This document shows, in pieces, positions 25,264 to 38,043 of a stretch of 64,000 nt of DNA. This stretch comes from Sminthopsis crassicaudata (lineage: Eukaryota), in assembly GCF_048593235.1 (NCBI RefSeq), contig NC_133620.1:465649261-465713260 (forward strand), written 5' to 3'. The first letter of the stretch is position 1; every line of letters starts with the position of its first letter. The translations under genes and the position numbers were made by a program. The notes beneath the pieces are model-generated. The model was given only the letters and a program-made list of their open reading frames with translations. It made no database searches and was not told the origin of the DNA.

Positions 25264-26096
25264 CTTTTCCCCAAAGATCCTCTGGCAGATGCCGTTCTTG
25301 GCCAGCTTCTCTTTGACCTGGCGCGTCAGCTCGATCGTGTCCACCTCCTGGTACATGTAGATCTCGTACTGCTCGGGCGTCAGCGGCGGGACGGAGGGCT
25401 TGGAAGGCTTGGACAGGGGCACGATGGGGGAGGAGGGCAGGGGGCTGTTCTGGGGTGTCTCGCTGCGGCTGGCCCCCGTCAGGCTCAGCTCCGAGCTCTG
25501 GGAGTAGGGCGACTCGGCGCTCGGCCACTCCTTCCAGTACTCAGAAGAGGGTCCCTGCAGCTGGCCGCGCTCGGGCCGGGGCTGGCCGCTGCCCCCGGGC
25601 TTCTCCTTGGCGCCGCCGGCGTCCTCGGCCTTGACCTCGTCGGGAGGGGCCGCGTTCCTCCTCTCGTGCGGGACGGTGTTCCACCAGTGGTCCTTCCAGA
25701 CGCCGCCGCCGCGGCCCAGCTCGTTCTTGACGTGCCGCAGCACGCCCTGCGCGGACTCGGCCACGCCGTGGAGCTCCAAGCCCGGGGCCTCCTGGGACTC
25801 CTTCTTGAGACCCGAGAGGTTCTGCAGGGCGGAGATGCTGGATTCCGCGGCCGAAGAGTGCTTCTTCAGGGAGATGGCCAGGGGGGAGTAGCTGGACACG
25901 GAGGACATGGGCGAGGAGGTGATGATCTTGGGGGACAAGATGGAGATGTCGGCTTGAGAGAGGGGCGCTGGCTTTAAGGCGGGCTCGAGGGCTGCTTGCT
26001 GGGCCTCCATCTCCCGGCGGGCCTGCTGCAGGATGGACCGGATGGCGTCGTCCGAGTTGGCGCCGCTCGAAGTCGAGGAGGGCTGGGCTGGCTCTG
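25264..26096 (-). CDS. CUX1: CUX1 exon 18 (833 nt): (A)EPAQPSS...N-terminal half of CUT2 ...[10 protein letters not shown]
   Basis: ccccgcag|CA GAG CCA ... GAA AAG|gtaacg; peptide in ORF 25072..26196; CpG-rich exon. Confidence 0.97.
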
Positions 26097-27343
26097 CTGC
26101 GGGGACAAAAAGCCGGAGACAGTGACCACCGTGACCCCCCCTGCAGGCTGCCCGCTGGCCCTCCCCAATCCCGATTTCAAGTCCAGCTCCTGACACTCCT
26201 TCCCTACATGACCCGATCTGGGGGCTGCCCGGCCCTGCCCAGGTACGTGACCTGGCAGCCAGGTCTCACTTAGACCGTCGAAGCCCCGGGTCTGGCCGGG
26301 CCAGGGCGGGGGCTCCTTGTCCAGTGAAGGTGGAGTTGTCCGGGGGGGTACTTCACAGGCCCCCGCTGTGGGGCAGATTCTGCCGGCCCGCCCCGAGCTA
26401 GAAGGCTCAGCCAGGGCTGGGACACCGTGACTGGGCAGGTGCCGTGAAGATCGGGGCTGGAGACCCTGAGGGTGGCCCAAGGGCTTTAAGGGTAAGCGCG
26501 AGACCTCCACGGCAAATGGAAGGGAACCCCGGAGCAAAGGCCATCACACGGCAGAGGGGAAACGAGGCGGACCAGTCAGTGACTTGCACTTAGACACAAG
26601 GCGAGGGAGGCTGGAATCCTGGTCTTCCTGGATCCCAGCCCAGAGTCGGCGGGGACAGCAAAGGCCCGGCCTGGACTTCGAGCAGGCAGAGTGCGGACCC
26701 TCTCTCCAGGGCTGAAACGGCTCATAGGAACTTGCGGCCTCGGCCATTGAACGGTGTCAGAACTCAGGGTAAGAAAAGCCAAAGGGCCTTCCTTCCCTTC
26801 CTTCTGGTGTACCTGAAGCAGGGCCGGGGAGCTGGTTCTTAGAAACGCGGGAAGAGCTGTATTTCCCACAGCGGCTCTCCTCTGCAACCCTACCTATGTC
26901 TCAGCATATGCCCAAAGGCTCCCAGAGATAAGAAGGGGGACGGGCCCTCATCGAAAAGAACGAGGCTCTGCCGCCTTTCAGTCATCGGTCTCTCAAAATA
27001 AAATCACCGTGGCAGACATTAAGTAGGCATTTCCCGCCCTTCAGTCCGGCAGCGCCGTGACGCCGCGAGGCCGGTTTTCATCTCCAAGCGCCTCGGCCAG
27101 ACGACAAGCACGAGCTGGGATCAGGACAAGTGGAAACGCACGGAGGTCGCTCGGTGCCGACTGCAAGCCGGAGGAGGGGAAGGAATGAAACCAGAGCACG
27201 GGCAGCGGTCAGACGTGCGGAAAATGCCGCCAGCGCCTGAGGCAACCAGGGCAGCCCAAGCCACAGGAAAGTTTTAAGTATCTTAAAGATGAGCTCGTGA
27301 AAACTTTTCAGTGTGCAAATGATTATTCCACAAAGTCTGCTAC

Positions 27344-27476
27344 TTTTTGTTTTTGCTGAGGCAGTTGGGGTTAAGTGACTTGCCCAGGAAGTATTAAGTG
27401 TCTGAGGCTGGATTTGAACTCGGGTCCTCCTGACTCTGGTGCTGGTGCTCTATCCACTGCGCCTCCTAGCTGCCCC
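27344..27476 (-). mobile_element. Marsupial SINE (WSINE1-like)
   Basis: GGGGTTAAGTGACTTGCCCAGG...GGATTTGAACTCGGGTCCTCCTGACT...CTCTATCCACTGCGCCTCCTAGCTGCCCC. Confidence 0.9.
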
Positions 27477-27496
27477 ATTGCCATTTCCTTCTATAA

Positions 27497-27647
27497 CTCA
27501 TTTGACAGATGAGAAAATTGAGACAAAAATGGCTAGGTGACTTGCCCAGGTTCATAAAAGCAATAAGGGTCTGAGGTCACATTTGAACTCAGGTCCTCCT
27601 GACTTCAGGGCGGGGGCTCTATCCACTGCGCCCCCTAGCTGCCTCCC
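27497..27647 (-). mobile_element. Marsupial CORE-SINE (MAR1/MIR-like) adjacent to the previous SINE
   Basis: ACAGATGAGAAAATTGAG core followed by a reversed tRNA-like head. Confidence 0.8.
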
Positions 27648-27701
27648 ATAAACTTTGCTACTTAACAAAAAGGCTGCAGACTGGAACTGGACTTTGGGTC
27701 A

Positions 27702-28040
<339 letters not shown>

Positions 28041-28590
28041 CTAAAAGCAAAGCCAACAGCGAGCAGGAGGGTCAGCCTGACAAAGAGCCCCTGGAAATGA
28101 AGCTTGTACCCAGAAGGCCTTTGTGGTGACCAGACATTCACCTGCTCTTCTTGCTATCAAAGTTCATACCCTGAACTGTGGCACCTCGCAGGAAATTATT
28201 CCTGTGCTATCTATCCTAAAACAAGTATTATTTTGACAAGGAGAGAAGAATTTTGTACTGTCATACTGGATAAGTCCCCATGGAAGGAGTTTGCTAGATT
28301 TTGTAGAAGGGTAAAAGAAATCTGTCAATTCACATTTTTTTTTTTAAAGCAAAAGGTGAGATATTCTCATGAAAGCCATTTAAAAACAACTACCCCAACT
28401 GATTTGGTTTGCAATCAAATTCAGACACTGTACATTTATTCAAGGCTGGAATCTAAAATAGAAAACATTTTTAGCGGAGAGCAGAGTTAATTCTGGTTAG
28501 TTTTAATGTTCAGGTTGTATAACGTAAAGAGTCAAGAGATTCAGTTTTGAATTTTCACCACACTGTCAACACACTTCCCTAACAATGGGA

Positions 28591-28812
28591 NNNNNNNNNN
28601 NNNNNNNNNNNNNNNNNNNNNNNNNNNNNNNNNNNNNNNNNNNNNNNNNNNNNNNNNNNNNNNNNNNNNNNNNNNNNNNNNNNNNNNNNNNNNNNNNNNN
28701 NNNNNNNNNNNNNNNNNNNNNNNNNNNNNNNNNNNNNNNNNNNNNNNNNNNNNNNNNNNNNNNNNNNNNNNNNNNNNNNNNNNNNNNNNNNNNNNNNNNN
28801 NNNNNNNNNNNN
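28591..28812. other. Assembly gap, 222 N
   Basis: N run. Confidence 1.
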
Positions 28813-29254
28813 TAAAAAAAAAGCCAAGAAAGAGGACTCTACCTGGAGAGGAGAACACAAGGTTCACCAGATTATAGCAATGTGACATAAAGCGGCTGTG
28901 AACACGCACCTCAGAGACTGCAACCAGTCTGGTCACATCCTCTCTGGGTCCTAGCAGGGGCAGAAAGAATTTCTTGGGGAATTGGGAGAGCTTCTGTGCC
29001 ATGTCTAGGGTCACTGGGCCAGGATGTATCAGAGGCAAAACCAAACGCAGCTCTCCCTAGCACCCCACATTACCCCTTTTAGATCCTAATGAAGCCATCT
29101 AAATACATATTCTGCAGCTGGTGCCAAGAGAGCCTCTGTAAAAAGTAGCTCCAAAGAGTATGGTGACCAAGATTGAGGAAGAACACCCAGCTATCTGGGA
29201 TTTGTGCTAATTCAGGCCATTTATGAACGTTCCTTTGTATCTCCTGCACCCCAT

Positions 29255-29725
29255 ATAAGGTCTGGCATACAGCAAATGCTTAATAAATGCCTGTTGATTT
29301 TGTGTGTTTATGTATATAGGAACTATTTTATTTTTGTCCCTATCACCTACCATAAGTGCCAGGTAAACAGCAGGTGCTTAATAAATGTTATTTGATTCAC
29401 TGGGTATAGGCTCCTATCGAATGTAAGCTCCATTGTGAGAAGTTGTTTCATTTTTGCTTTTGTCTCTTTAGCACCTAGCGCAGGTACTGGGTTGAGGTGC
29501 TTAATAAGTGTGTTGATTTTGGGTGTGTGTATAGGAACTATTTCATTTTTGTCCCTAACACCTACCACAAGGGTCAGGTACTCAATAGGTGCTTAATAAA
29601 TGCTGTCTGATTCATTGATTATAGACTCCTATTGAATGGAAGAGGAGAAGCGGTTTTATTTTTGCTTTTGTCTCTTTAGCACCTAGCGCAGGTACTGGGT
29701 AGAGGTGTTTAATAAGTGCTTCCTG
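29255..29725 (+). repeat. Degenerate tandem array of L2 3'-tail-derived units (about 105-bp subunit, about 210-bp dimer)
   Basis: Five (A/G)TGCTTAATAA(A/G)TG-like motifs; TATAGGAACTATTT repeats at 29315/29530 and GTCTCTTTAGCACCTAGCGCAGGTACTGGG at 29462/29670. Confidence 0.7.
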
Positions 29726-30115
29726 ACAGACTGTCCCCTGGAAGAGCAGAAGCTCCTCTGGTCGGGGGCATTTCAGCTTTGTAACCTCAGGACTTAGCGT
29801 AGAGCTAAGATGTTTAATTCATCAGCGATGGCTGGTCTCACCCGCAGGTGGCGACATGTCTTTTCACCTGCCCGAGGGGGGAAAAATGGGAGCCCTGCCC
29901 TGCGTATGCTTTGGTGGGGGCCGGGAAGGGAGGCTCCCTGCCATACGGGGGCTTCCGCTTCTCTCTTTTCAGCCGGCCACGTCCGTAGGCTGGAGATAGA
30001 GTGGGGGGAGCGGTGCGGTCTAACCCATGTGTTGTTTTATACTTACTAGCTCTGTTTTTCCATCAGATTCCAGGCCAGAATCAAACTGCACAGTTTTAAC
30101 AAAAAGACCCCGCTA

Positions 30116-30280
<165 letters not shown>

Positions 30281-31606
30281 TCAGGGGACGGTGGTGGTGA
30301 CGATATGGGCTGAGACATGAAGGAGGAGAAAGCTGCCCCCGGATGGAACGATTCAAAGGCTCGGGGGCTCTGAAAGGGGCCGGCACTGGCAAAGAGGCCC
30401 TGATCGGACTGACAGAGAGAAACGGCCACACAGTTTTCAGAGAGCTGCTAAGTAAAAGCCTAGAGATATGTAATAAAATGAAGAGGTTTTGACAAAGAAA
30501 GAGAATCTTCTCAAAGAAAATCCTGTCTGTCTCCCCTCCCCAGACAAACTGCCACATTTAGCATTTGGAGAAGTTTAATTTAAATGAACGTTGCCATTTA
30601 AAAAAATAAAACGAAACACTTTCTATATGCATGCTGCAAATTGAGGCTGCGGGCAAACCCTCCTGTTTTCCTTTTGTTAAAAATCTGTATTTTGGGATCT
30701 ATTTCAAATGTCTGACATTTGAAGGCACCTCTTGGGTTACTGTTTTCTTTCTGGACTAATCTTTTTATCTAAGAAAAGCAAATCACTTCCTTTCTTTGGG
30801 CCTCAGTTTCCCTCATTTGTAAGATGAGGAGCTCGGAGGCCCTTTGGAGCCCTGGCTCTGGGAGTCTCTCGGATCCTCTGTACCTGAGTGGCCTGGGACA
30901 AATCACTCAGTCGGGGCCCCTTAAAATGACTGCAGACCCTTCCGGCTCTAGTTCTGTGGCCGCTGACCCTCCGCAGGGATGTGGCTGCCTTAATCAGAGG
31001 CCCTTTCTCGGGAGCCAAGGCCGCCCTCAGCTCCCTGCGGAAGGAAAGCGCAGAGGTACTTCCCTTAATGGAAGGCTACTACGGGGCCACAGATGTGAGT
31101 GGACAGCTCGCGCTAGCGCGGCTGGAGACTAGAGCTCTGGGCTGGAACCTTCTCCTTCCGGCTCAGGGCTGTCTCTGAACTCTCCTAAGTCTTTCCCTGG
31201 CCTTGAGGCCGACCCCAGTCAGCTCCTGCCGGGGTCCGACCTCTGCCGATTAACGGGCCGTGCGGTCTCGCCCCGGAGAGCGGTAAGGTGTGACGGAAGT
31301 GCCGCGGAAGGGACGCCTGCTCTGCCCAGGACCCGCTCGGCCGTGGGCGGCTCAGGCCAGCCCCCTCCGCGGCCCAGTGGCACTTACGCTAAGAGGTGTT
31401 AAGGGTTTGTCAGTTTTAAGCGGTTATTGGAACTGTTAGAGTTATTCTGACGACAATGACTATGGTTAGTGCACAAGCAAGGAAGCAGAGGCTTCCCCAG
31501 GCTAAGGACTTCCTCTGCCTAGACTAAGGGAGCTCGCTATGAGCTCGCGATTAATGTTCTGGCGCCACACTCCCCACGCGTCCTCCCAACAGGGAAGGGC
31601 TCTCAC

Positions 31607-32278
31607 CTCTCTGCCGGCCCTGGATGCTCCGGAGAGCCAAGATGTTCTGCTCGTCCGACAGGAACTGCTTCATCTTGTGGAACGGCTCCTTGCCTCGCAC
31701 GGTCAGCTTGTTCCACGGCTTTGGCCGGGCCAGGATCTCGCTCACGGACCCTTGCGACAGTCCCAAGACATAATGTCCAAATATCCGCTGTCCAATATTG
31801 TGCTTGATCAACTGTTCTTTCACCTGGCGCGCAATCTCGGCCGTGTCCATCTCCTCGCCTTCGGAGACGCTGCCGGCGCTTTCGGACTGGCTGGGAGACG
31901 GGGCCAGGCCGTTTACGTCGGGGCTTTGTTGTAATGGACTTTGGGAGGGGATGGAGTTTGTGCTGTATTGANNNNNNNNNNNNNNNNNNNNNNNNNNNNN
32001 NNNNNNNNNNNNNNNNNNNNNNNNNNNNNNNNNNNNNNNNNNNNNNNNNNNNNNNNNNNNNNNNNNNNNNNNNNNNNNNNNNNNNNNNNNNNNNNNNNNN
32101 NNNNNNNNNNNNNNNNNNNNNNNNNNNNNNNNNNNNNNNNNNNNNNNNNNNNNNNNNNNNNNNNNNNNNNNNNNNNNNNNNNNCCCTGGGTTGCGGGGCA
32201 ACTGAGAAGGAGGGGAGGCCGGCAAAGCTCCAGGGCGCGGATTCTCAGGCTGGTCTTTCCCTTTTCTCCTGGCTGACC
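31607..32278 (-). CDS. CUX1: CUX1 exon 15 (672 nt including a 212-N gap): [11 protein letters not shown]...CUT1 domain...RSIQGRQR
   Basis: ccttgtag|GG TCA GCC ... CAG AGA G|gtgaga. ORF 31551..32387 keeps frame across the gap and contains the CUT1 sequence [47 protein letters not shown]. Confidence 0.96.
31972..32183. other. Assembly gap, 212 N, inside CUX1 exon 15
   Basis: N run. Confidence 1.
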
Positions 32279-33068
32279 CTACAAGGAAGGTCAAACATAA
32301 TGCATTATGGGGGATTAAAAAGGGAAAAACCAAGATCAAAATGCAAAGTTTGCCCCGCAAAAGGGAAAGTAGTGCAGATTTGTACAAGGGCCAATGGGGT
32401 GTGTTGGTTGGTTGGTTTGTAAATTGAAATTTTAATCAGCCAAACGAGGCCCCCCAAAACAAGCAACATGCATTTTCATGTTTGCACCTTTCTTGTACGT
32501 TGCAGCCTGGAGAATCCCCTTTTTACAGAAACTGAAATTCTCAGTGTTACATGAAGCGCGGTACCACACACAGTAAAGAGTCGACAGGGCGCACGCGGCA
32601 GGGCCGTTATCGGAGCGCTAGCCTTCGAGCTACTCCCCGAGGAACCCTGCCTGACCTGGAGCAGCGAGCACTGACATTTGTGGGCCAATGGATTCTCTCA
32701 ACACCTGGCTCTGAGGAGGCTCTGTGAGATGTCTATCGGAGTGAAGGCACACACATTCTCAAGGAGGCAACATCATCGGACACCTTGACAAGTTTTCCCG
32801 ACTCCCAGACCAGAAGCACAGCCAGTCCCGAAAAGCTAGGACTCCAACCAGCTACAAAAAGAGTTACCAGAGGCCAAGCGGGGGGAGCCTCCCCCACCCA
32901 GTAACGCTGACCAAAGCAAAGAACCTTTCCTGAGATTGGGGGTGGGGGGAGGCTACCGGAACACCAAAGAAACAGGACGACCTGGACCTTTGCTCTTGGC
33001 GGCAGAGCTAGGAAAGGAGTAGTGGAGAAAGCGTCTCCCACCTCGTCTACCACCTCGAAACGTCCTCA

Positions 33069-33383
<315 letters not shown>

Positions 33384-34652
33384 CTAGATCCAAGTCAAAA
33401 CACGCCTTTACTTCTATGGTCAATTATAGCATCTGAAGCGGGGAAAAGGTTGGCGTGGGGCTAATGAGAAGGGGCGTGCTAAGAAGAGGAAAATCCTGTT
33501 TGAACCAGTGATGTGGGGCTGTAGCTAGCGTGGGGAGAAGGGACTTATCCTTCTCTTTTGATCTAGAGGCTTAAACCTTTAGATTCACGTTCCCAGCTTA
33601 ACCATATGATTACGGATTTAGAGTAGACGTTCCTTGAGGGCTGCGGATGTTTCATTTTGGGTTTTGGACCTTGGTAGCTTAACGTGGTGCCAGACCCAAA
33701 GCGGGCCTTTTATCTGGGCTTATCGAATGGCTAGCTGTTAAGTATTCACCAGCCCCACCAGAAACTTGACAAAGTTACAAAGTGAACAAGTGGCAGGTCT
33801 TCTAATTCCCCATCTGCTGCTATATGAACTCAAACTTTCTAAGCGTCCTAGAAGTTTCACTGGAAGTATTCCGACAAACTCTTTTTCTTATTTTAAAATT
33901 TTAGTTTTAATGAAACCCTGTTGAAACTCTCTTTCTACTACAAGAGAATTAATTACTTCCTTAAAGTTTGCCTTCAACTTCAAGCCATCTGAACGCTCAA
34001 TATGGCTGAGCAACTGGCCATTTAGCTCACAACGAGCCATCAGAAAGTCAAACTCAAAGCCATCCTTTCAGACCCTCCATGTTGGTGGCAGCTCCCTTTG
34101 GGATTCCAGGAGAAAGAATCCATTTGATAATTTTCCATCTGTAGTCAAATTAAAATGTATGAACGTCAGCATGCTGTTCTTTCGCCTTCCCAACTCAGAA
34201 GAATGGGAAGCTCAGATTTCTTTAAATATGGATATTCTCGGCAAATCAATATTAACCTTATTTTTTTAAAAAAAAATTTGCTGACATTCAATCCTAAATT
34301 TTATTCATCTACTTTCTTAGTTAAATCGCAACATAATTTAGTCTGAACAAGTTCCTAATTCAAAAAACATTAATAACATGTCTCTCTCTCGCTCTCTTTT
34401 TTCCCCCTCTACTTAATTAAAGGCAATTTGTGTTAACAAGGCTAAATGTTCAAGTAAGCTACAAATCAGACCATAGCACCAGCGATCAATTAAGTGCTGG
34501 TATTTTCTGTAAAGAATGAAGAGTCTTGGGCTAATTTTCTTAGACAATTTTCTAAAGTCTTTAAACGCTCGTTCTAGAGGAGAGTGAGCAGAAATAGAGA
34601 GACGACAGTGGCTCTCGGGGGGAGAGGTCAAAGGCGAAATCATAGTCAGTAC

Positions 34653-34701
34653 CTGGGTCCCGGAGCCTTCCGATGGGGCGAATTCCATGGATTTCAGGAT
34701 G
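34653..34701 (-). CDS. CUX1: CUX1 exon 13 (49 nt): (N)ILKSMEFAPSEGSGTQ
   Basis: cttcacag|C ATC CTG AAA ... ACC CAG|gtactg; peptide in ORF 34413..34736. Confidence 0.95.
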
Positions 34702-36004
34702 CTGTGAAGGACAAAGAGGATGGCTTCATTTTCCATTTATTCTTTTCCTAGTAGCCACACTAATGAGCATTAACATGATCACTTTTGACTCTCCAGGAAC
34801 ATGCTAAGTGACAACTTTAACAACTTTCCTAGCAGTAATATAATCTGATCATGAATATAGAATAACTATTCAAACTACTTATTGGACAGAAAAAAAAACT
34901 TCTCACGCGCCACATAAATCACTCCATAGGCAATTCTGCCAGACCATTTGAGAGTATAAATTTACAGGTTAATAAGGAGAGAGCATTTTAAGCTGTCAGA
35001 AGCAACATGAATTTATTTGTGAAGCCCAAAGGGAACGGAAGGTTCTAACGAAGCAGGACGAGCAGGAAGAGGGATCACCGTGCCTCACGTACAGTACGGT
35101 GCCCGTGCCATTGGATGGCTGAGACAAAGCAATCTGGGGGTCAGGGCAGGGCAGGGCACAGATTATTTTCTGACCCCTGAAGGCTAAAGGCAGCCATTGT
35201 TCTAGGGAGATGCAGGAGAAACGTGGGGTATTCTCCACTGGCTAAAGGCACCAATGACTGACAGACGGAGAGATTGAACTTTGTCCTCTCAGGATGGAGG
35301 CAAAGATGGCACTGACTCATGTGGGGATGCCTGGGGGGAGGGGTCGGAGACGGCCACTCTGTAACTCTGAAGTTGGCCAGAGCTGTCTTGGCCATGGAGA
35401 GGTTAATTAACTGGCCCAGAGTCACAGAGTTTGTGCTCCTACCACCGAGGCAGAGACTCTGGCTCTTAACTTGCCATTTCATTGGTTTTAGGAATTCCTG
35501 GTGGAGACATTTCCTCTCAAGAGGCAGACTGGCCCCTGCAAAAGACCGACTTAGCGAGGTACCTGGGGGAATGAGAGTTAAGGACCTTATCCGGGCCACA
35601 TGGCCGGCTGGGCTCCCAATGGCACTGGAGCCCCGATTGTCCCGACGCAGGGGTCAGCCCTGTTCTCTCTCCCCATCCCTCCCAGCCCTTCACTACTTTG
35701 CCATAATTCTCACCAGCCAAGAACATGACGGCCCTCCTTCTTTGTGACAATAGCCCTTTTGTGAGAGAGGCTAACTAATTACTGGAATGAACTGCTTTGA
35801 TTTATTCTAGTATTTTCTAGAGGAGTTCAAATGCTGAGGGTCATGGGAGGCACTAATTCTTTCAGGTTTCATTGTTATCTAGGGAATTTACTTTTCTTTA
35901 AATTGCTGTACTGGGGAGGATGGAAAACATATCCCAGAGTTTTTATGAGGATAACTTTTAAAGTAAAAATAAAAAAAGGAGAGAGTGATGTGTGAGAGAT
36001 GCAG

Positions 36005-36440
36005 AGAAGAAGGAGATAAAAGGGGGAAGAGAAGAGAGGAGAGAAGAAAAGAGCAAAGAAAAGAAGAGAAAAAGTAAAGAGAAGAGAGAAGAAAGAAAAG
36101 AGAAAAGAAAGAGAGGGAAAAGGAGAGAGGAGAAAAGAGGAGAGAATAGAAAGAAGAGAAGAAAAGAAAAGAAAAGAGATGGAAAAAGAAAAGATAGAAG
36201 AGGGGAAAAGACAGGAGAGAAGAAAAAAGGAAAAGAAAAGAAAGAAGAGAGATGAAAAGAGAAAAGAAAAAAGGTAGAAGAAAAGAGAGAAAAGAAGAGA
36301 AAGAGGAAACAAGAAAAAGAATAGAGAAAAAAACCAGAGAGAAGAAAAGAGAAAAGACGAGAGAAGAAAAAAGAAAGGAGAGAAGAGGGAAAAGAAAGGA
36401 GAAGAAAAAAGAAAGAAGAGAAGAGGAAAGAAAGGAGCAG
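36005..36440. repeat. GA-rich polypurine tract
   Basis: Read directly from the sequence. Confidence 0.95.
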
Positions 36441-37984
36441 GGTAGAACATAGCATGCTTTCTTTGTCTCTCAGCAGAGAGGGCCCCTTGGATAGGCTGGC
36501 CAGTTGCTGATGCCCAGTGGGCATGGGGAGGGATGCCCCTGATGCATCAGCCCCCACCCTGTGGCTCTGAAGGTGACAGTGCAAGCTCCGAGGCCCAGGT
36601 GGGTTTTGGAGCCTCCACACATCCTGGCAGTCAGAAGCAACCCCAGCTCTCAGGAGCAGGGAGGCTGCCCGATGGGGTCTGGGGCAGTGGCCTCTGCTCC
36701 CTGGCCGGACTAACTCGATGCAGGGTCCTCTGGTTCACTGTTCATGGGCCTTGGTCTCCGGCCTCGGGCCTCTGGGCCTGCGTTTAGCCCTGGCTGCCTG
36801 AGCCGGGTCCCTCTATTTCACAAAGTGCCCCTGAGACCAGGCTGAGGACGGGACGTGGCTGTGGAGACTTCACTGTCCCGACTTTTCTAAGAAACGTTTA
36901 CCTTCCAGCTAAGGCATCTCTGGGGCCCCCAAGCCCTCCCCCAATTCCTAAGTGCAGCTTAACAGAGAACGAGTCCTTCTCCTCACCCCGGGGGATATTT
37001 GTGAGCCAAGAAATGGGCTGATGTTCTGAGAACGCCACAGGCCCCAGTCACCAGCGCACACAAAACGCTGGCGAGCTCAGGAAGTCATGGGAGGGAGGTT
37101 CTGGGGGACCCGAATCTAAATGGTAGTGACGTTGGTAGTGACTTCCACAAGGGATCCAAATTCAGCCAGGGCCAAGAGCGTGAGAACACACGGAGACTGC
37201 TGACCTCGGGAGGTGGGAAGATGTGTGTTCGAATCTTCCCGCCATCTCCGCCTCAGCGTGCTCATCTCTAAAATGGGGCCATTAACAGCATCTCCCTCCC
37301 TGGGCTCATGAGGATAAATCAAGATAATGTAAGAACTGCTCGTGCAAACCTCAGAGCTCTCCCTTGTCTGTCACCAACCACGGACGGTGGGCCAGGAGGC
37401 AGAGCCGTGCTCAAATCCTCCTGCTGCTGCTGCTCACTCCCTGCGTGACCAGGAGAGCGACTTTACTTTTCTGGGTTTCCCCACCTTGACGTGCAGGACT
37501 TGGATTTCAGGGCCCCATCCCCAATTTCACGATCCTGTTTATAGCCTATTACCTTCTCACTCCCTCTTCCTCCCCACTATTTTTTTTTAAAAAGAAAATC
37601 TCTGGATCCCTTCAAAACTCTGCTCACGTGACCTTTCTCCCCTCAAGCTGCCGCCCCTTCCTCACTCTCGCGTCTGCCTTTGGAAAATCACTTTGGATTT
37701 ATTTTGAACATATTCCTCCACAGGCATATCGTCTCCCCTCAGAAAGGAAGCTTCCCCAGGGCAGGGCTCCTCTTCTTCCCAACCCCAGGCCCAGGCCTCG
37801 ATTCCCATCAGGAGCCTCGTGAATGCTGCATTGATTTTGGTACGGTCCGATGGGGCGCTATTGGATGCCTGGTTCTCAGAGCCCGGCCGCCCTAGCAGGG
37901 GCCCTCAGGGGGACTTTAGCCGCCAGACCCGCGCATTGAACCAGGACCCCCCTTACAGAGTAACGCAACCAGCCGGCAACTTAC

Positions 37985-38043
37985 TTTAATTCTTTCTTCA
38001 CTTCTTCATAATCAGCCTGTCCTTTCAGTTTTTCTTCCAGTTG
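37985..38043 (-). CDS. CUX1: CUX1 exon 12 (59 nt): QLEEKLKGQADYEEVKKEL(N)
   Basis: Read by hand because it is too short for the ORF track: cttttag|CAA CTG GAA GAA ... GAA TTA AA|gtaagt. Confidence 0.95.

Noticed and set aside
23450-25528. Repetitive ORFs ([17 protein letters not shown]...) and CRISPR-like appearance of the array
   Set aside because: Products of a 20-bp tandem repeat; there are no unique spacers and no cas genes, and the context is a eukaryotic intron.
25204-25977. 257-aa plus-strand ORF and other ORFs overlapping exons 15, 18 and 21
   Set aside because: Antisense or off-frame shadows of GC3-rich coding exons.
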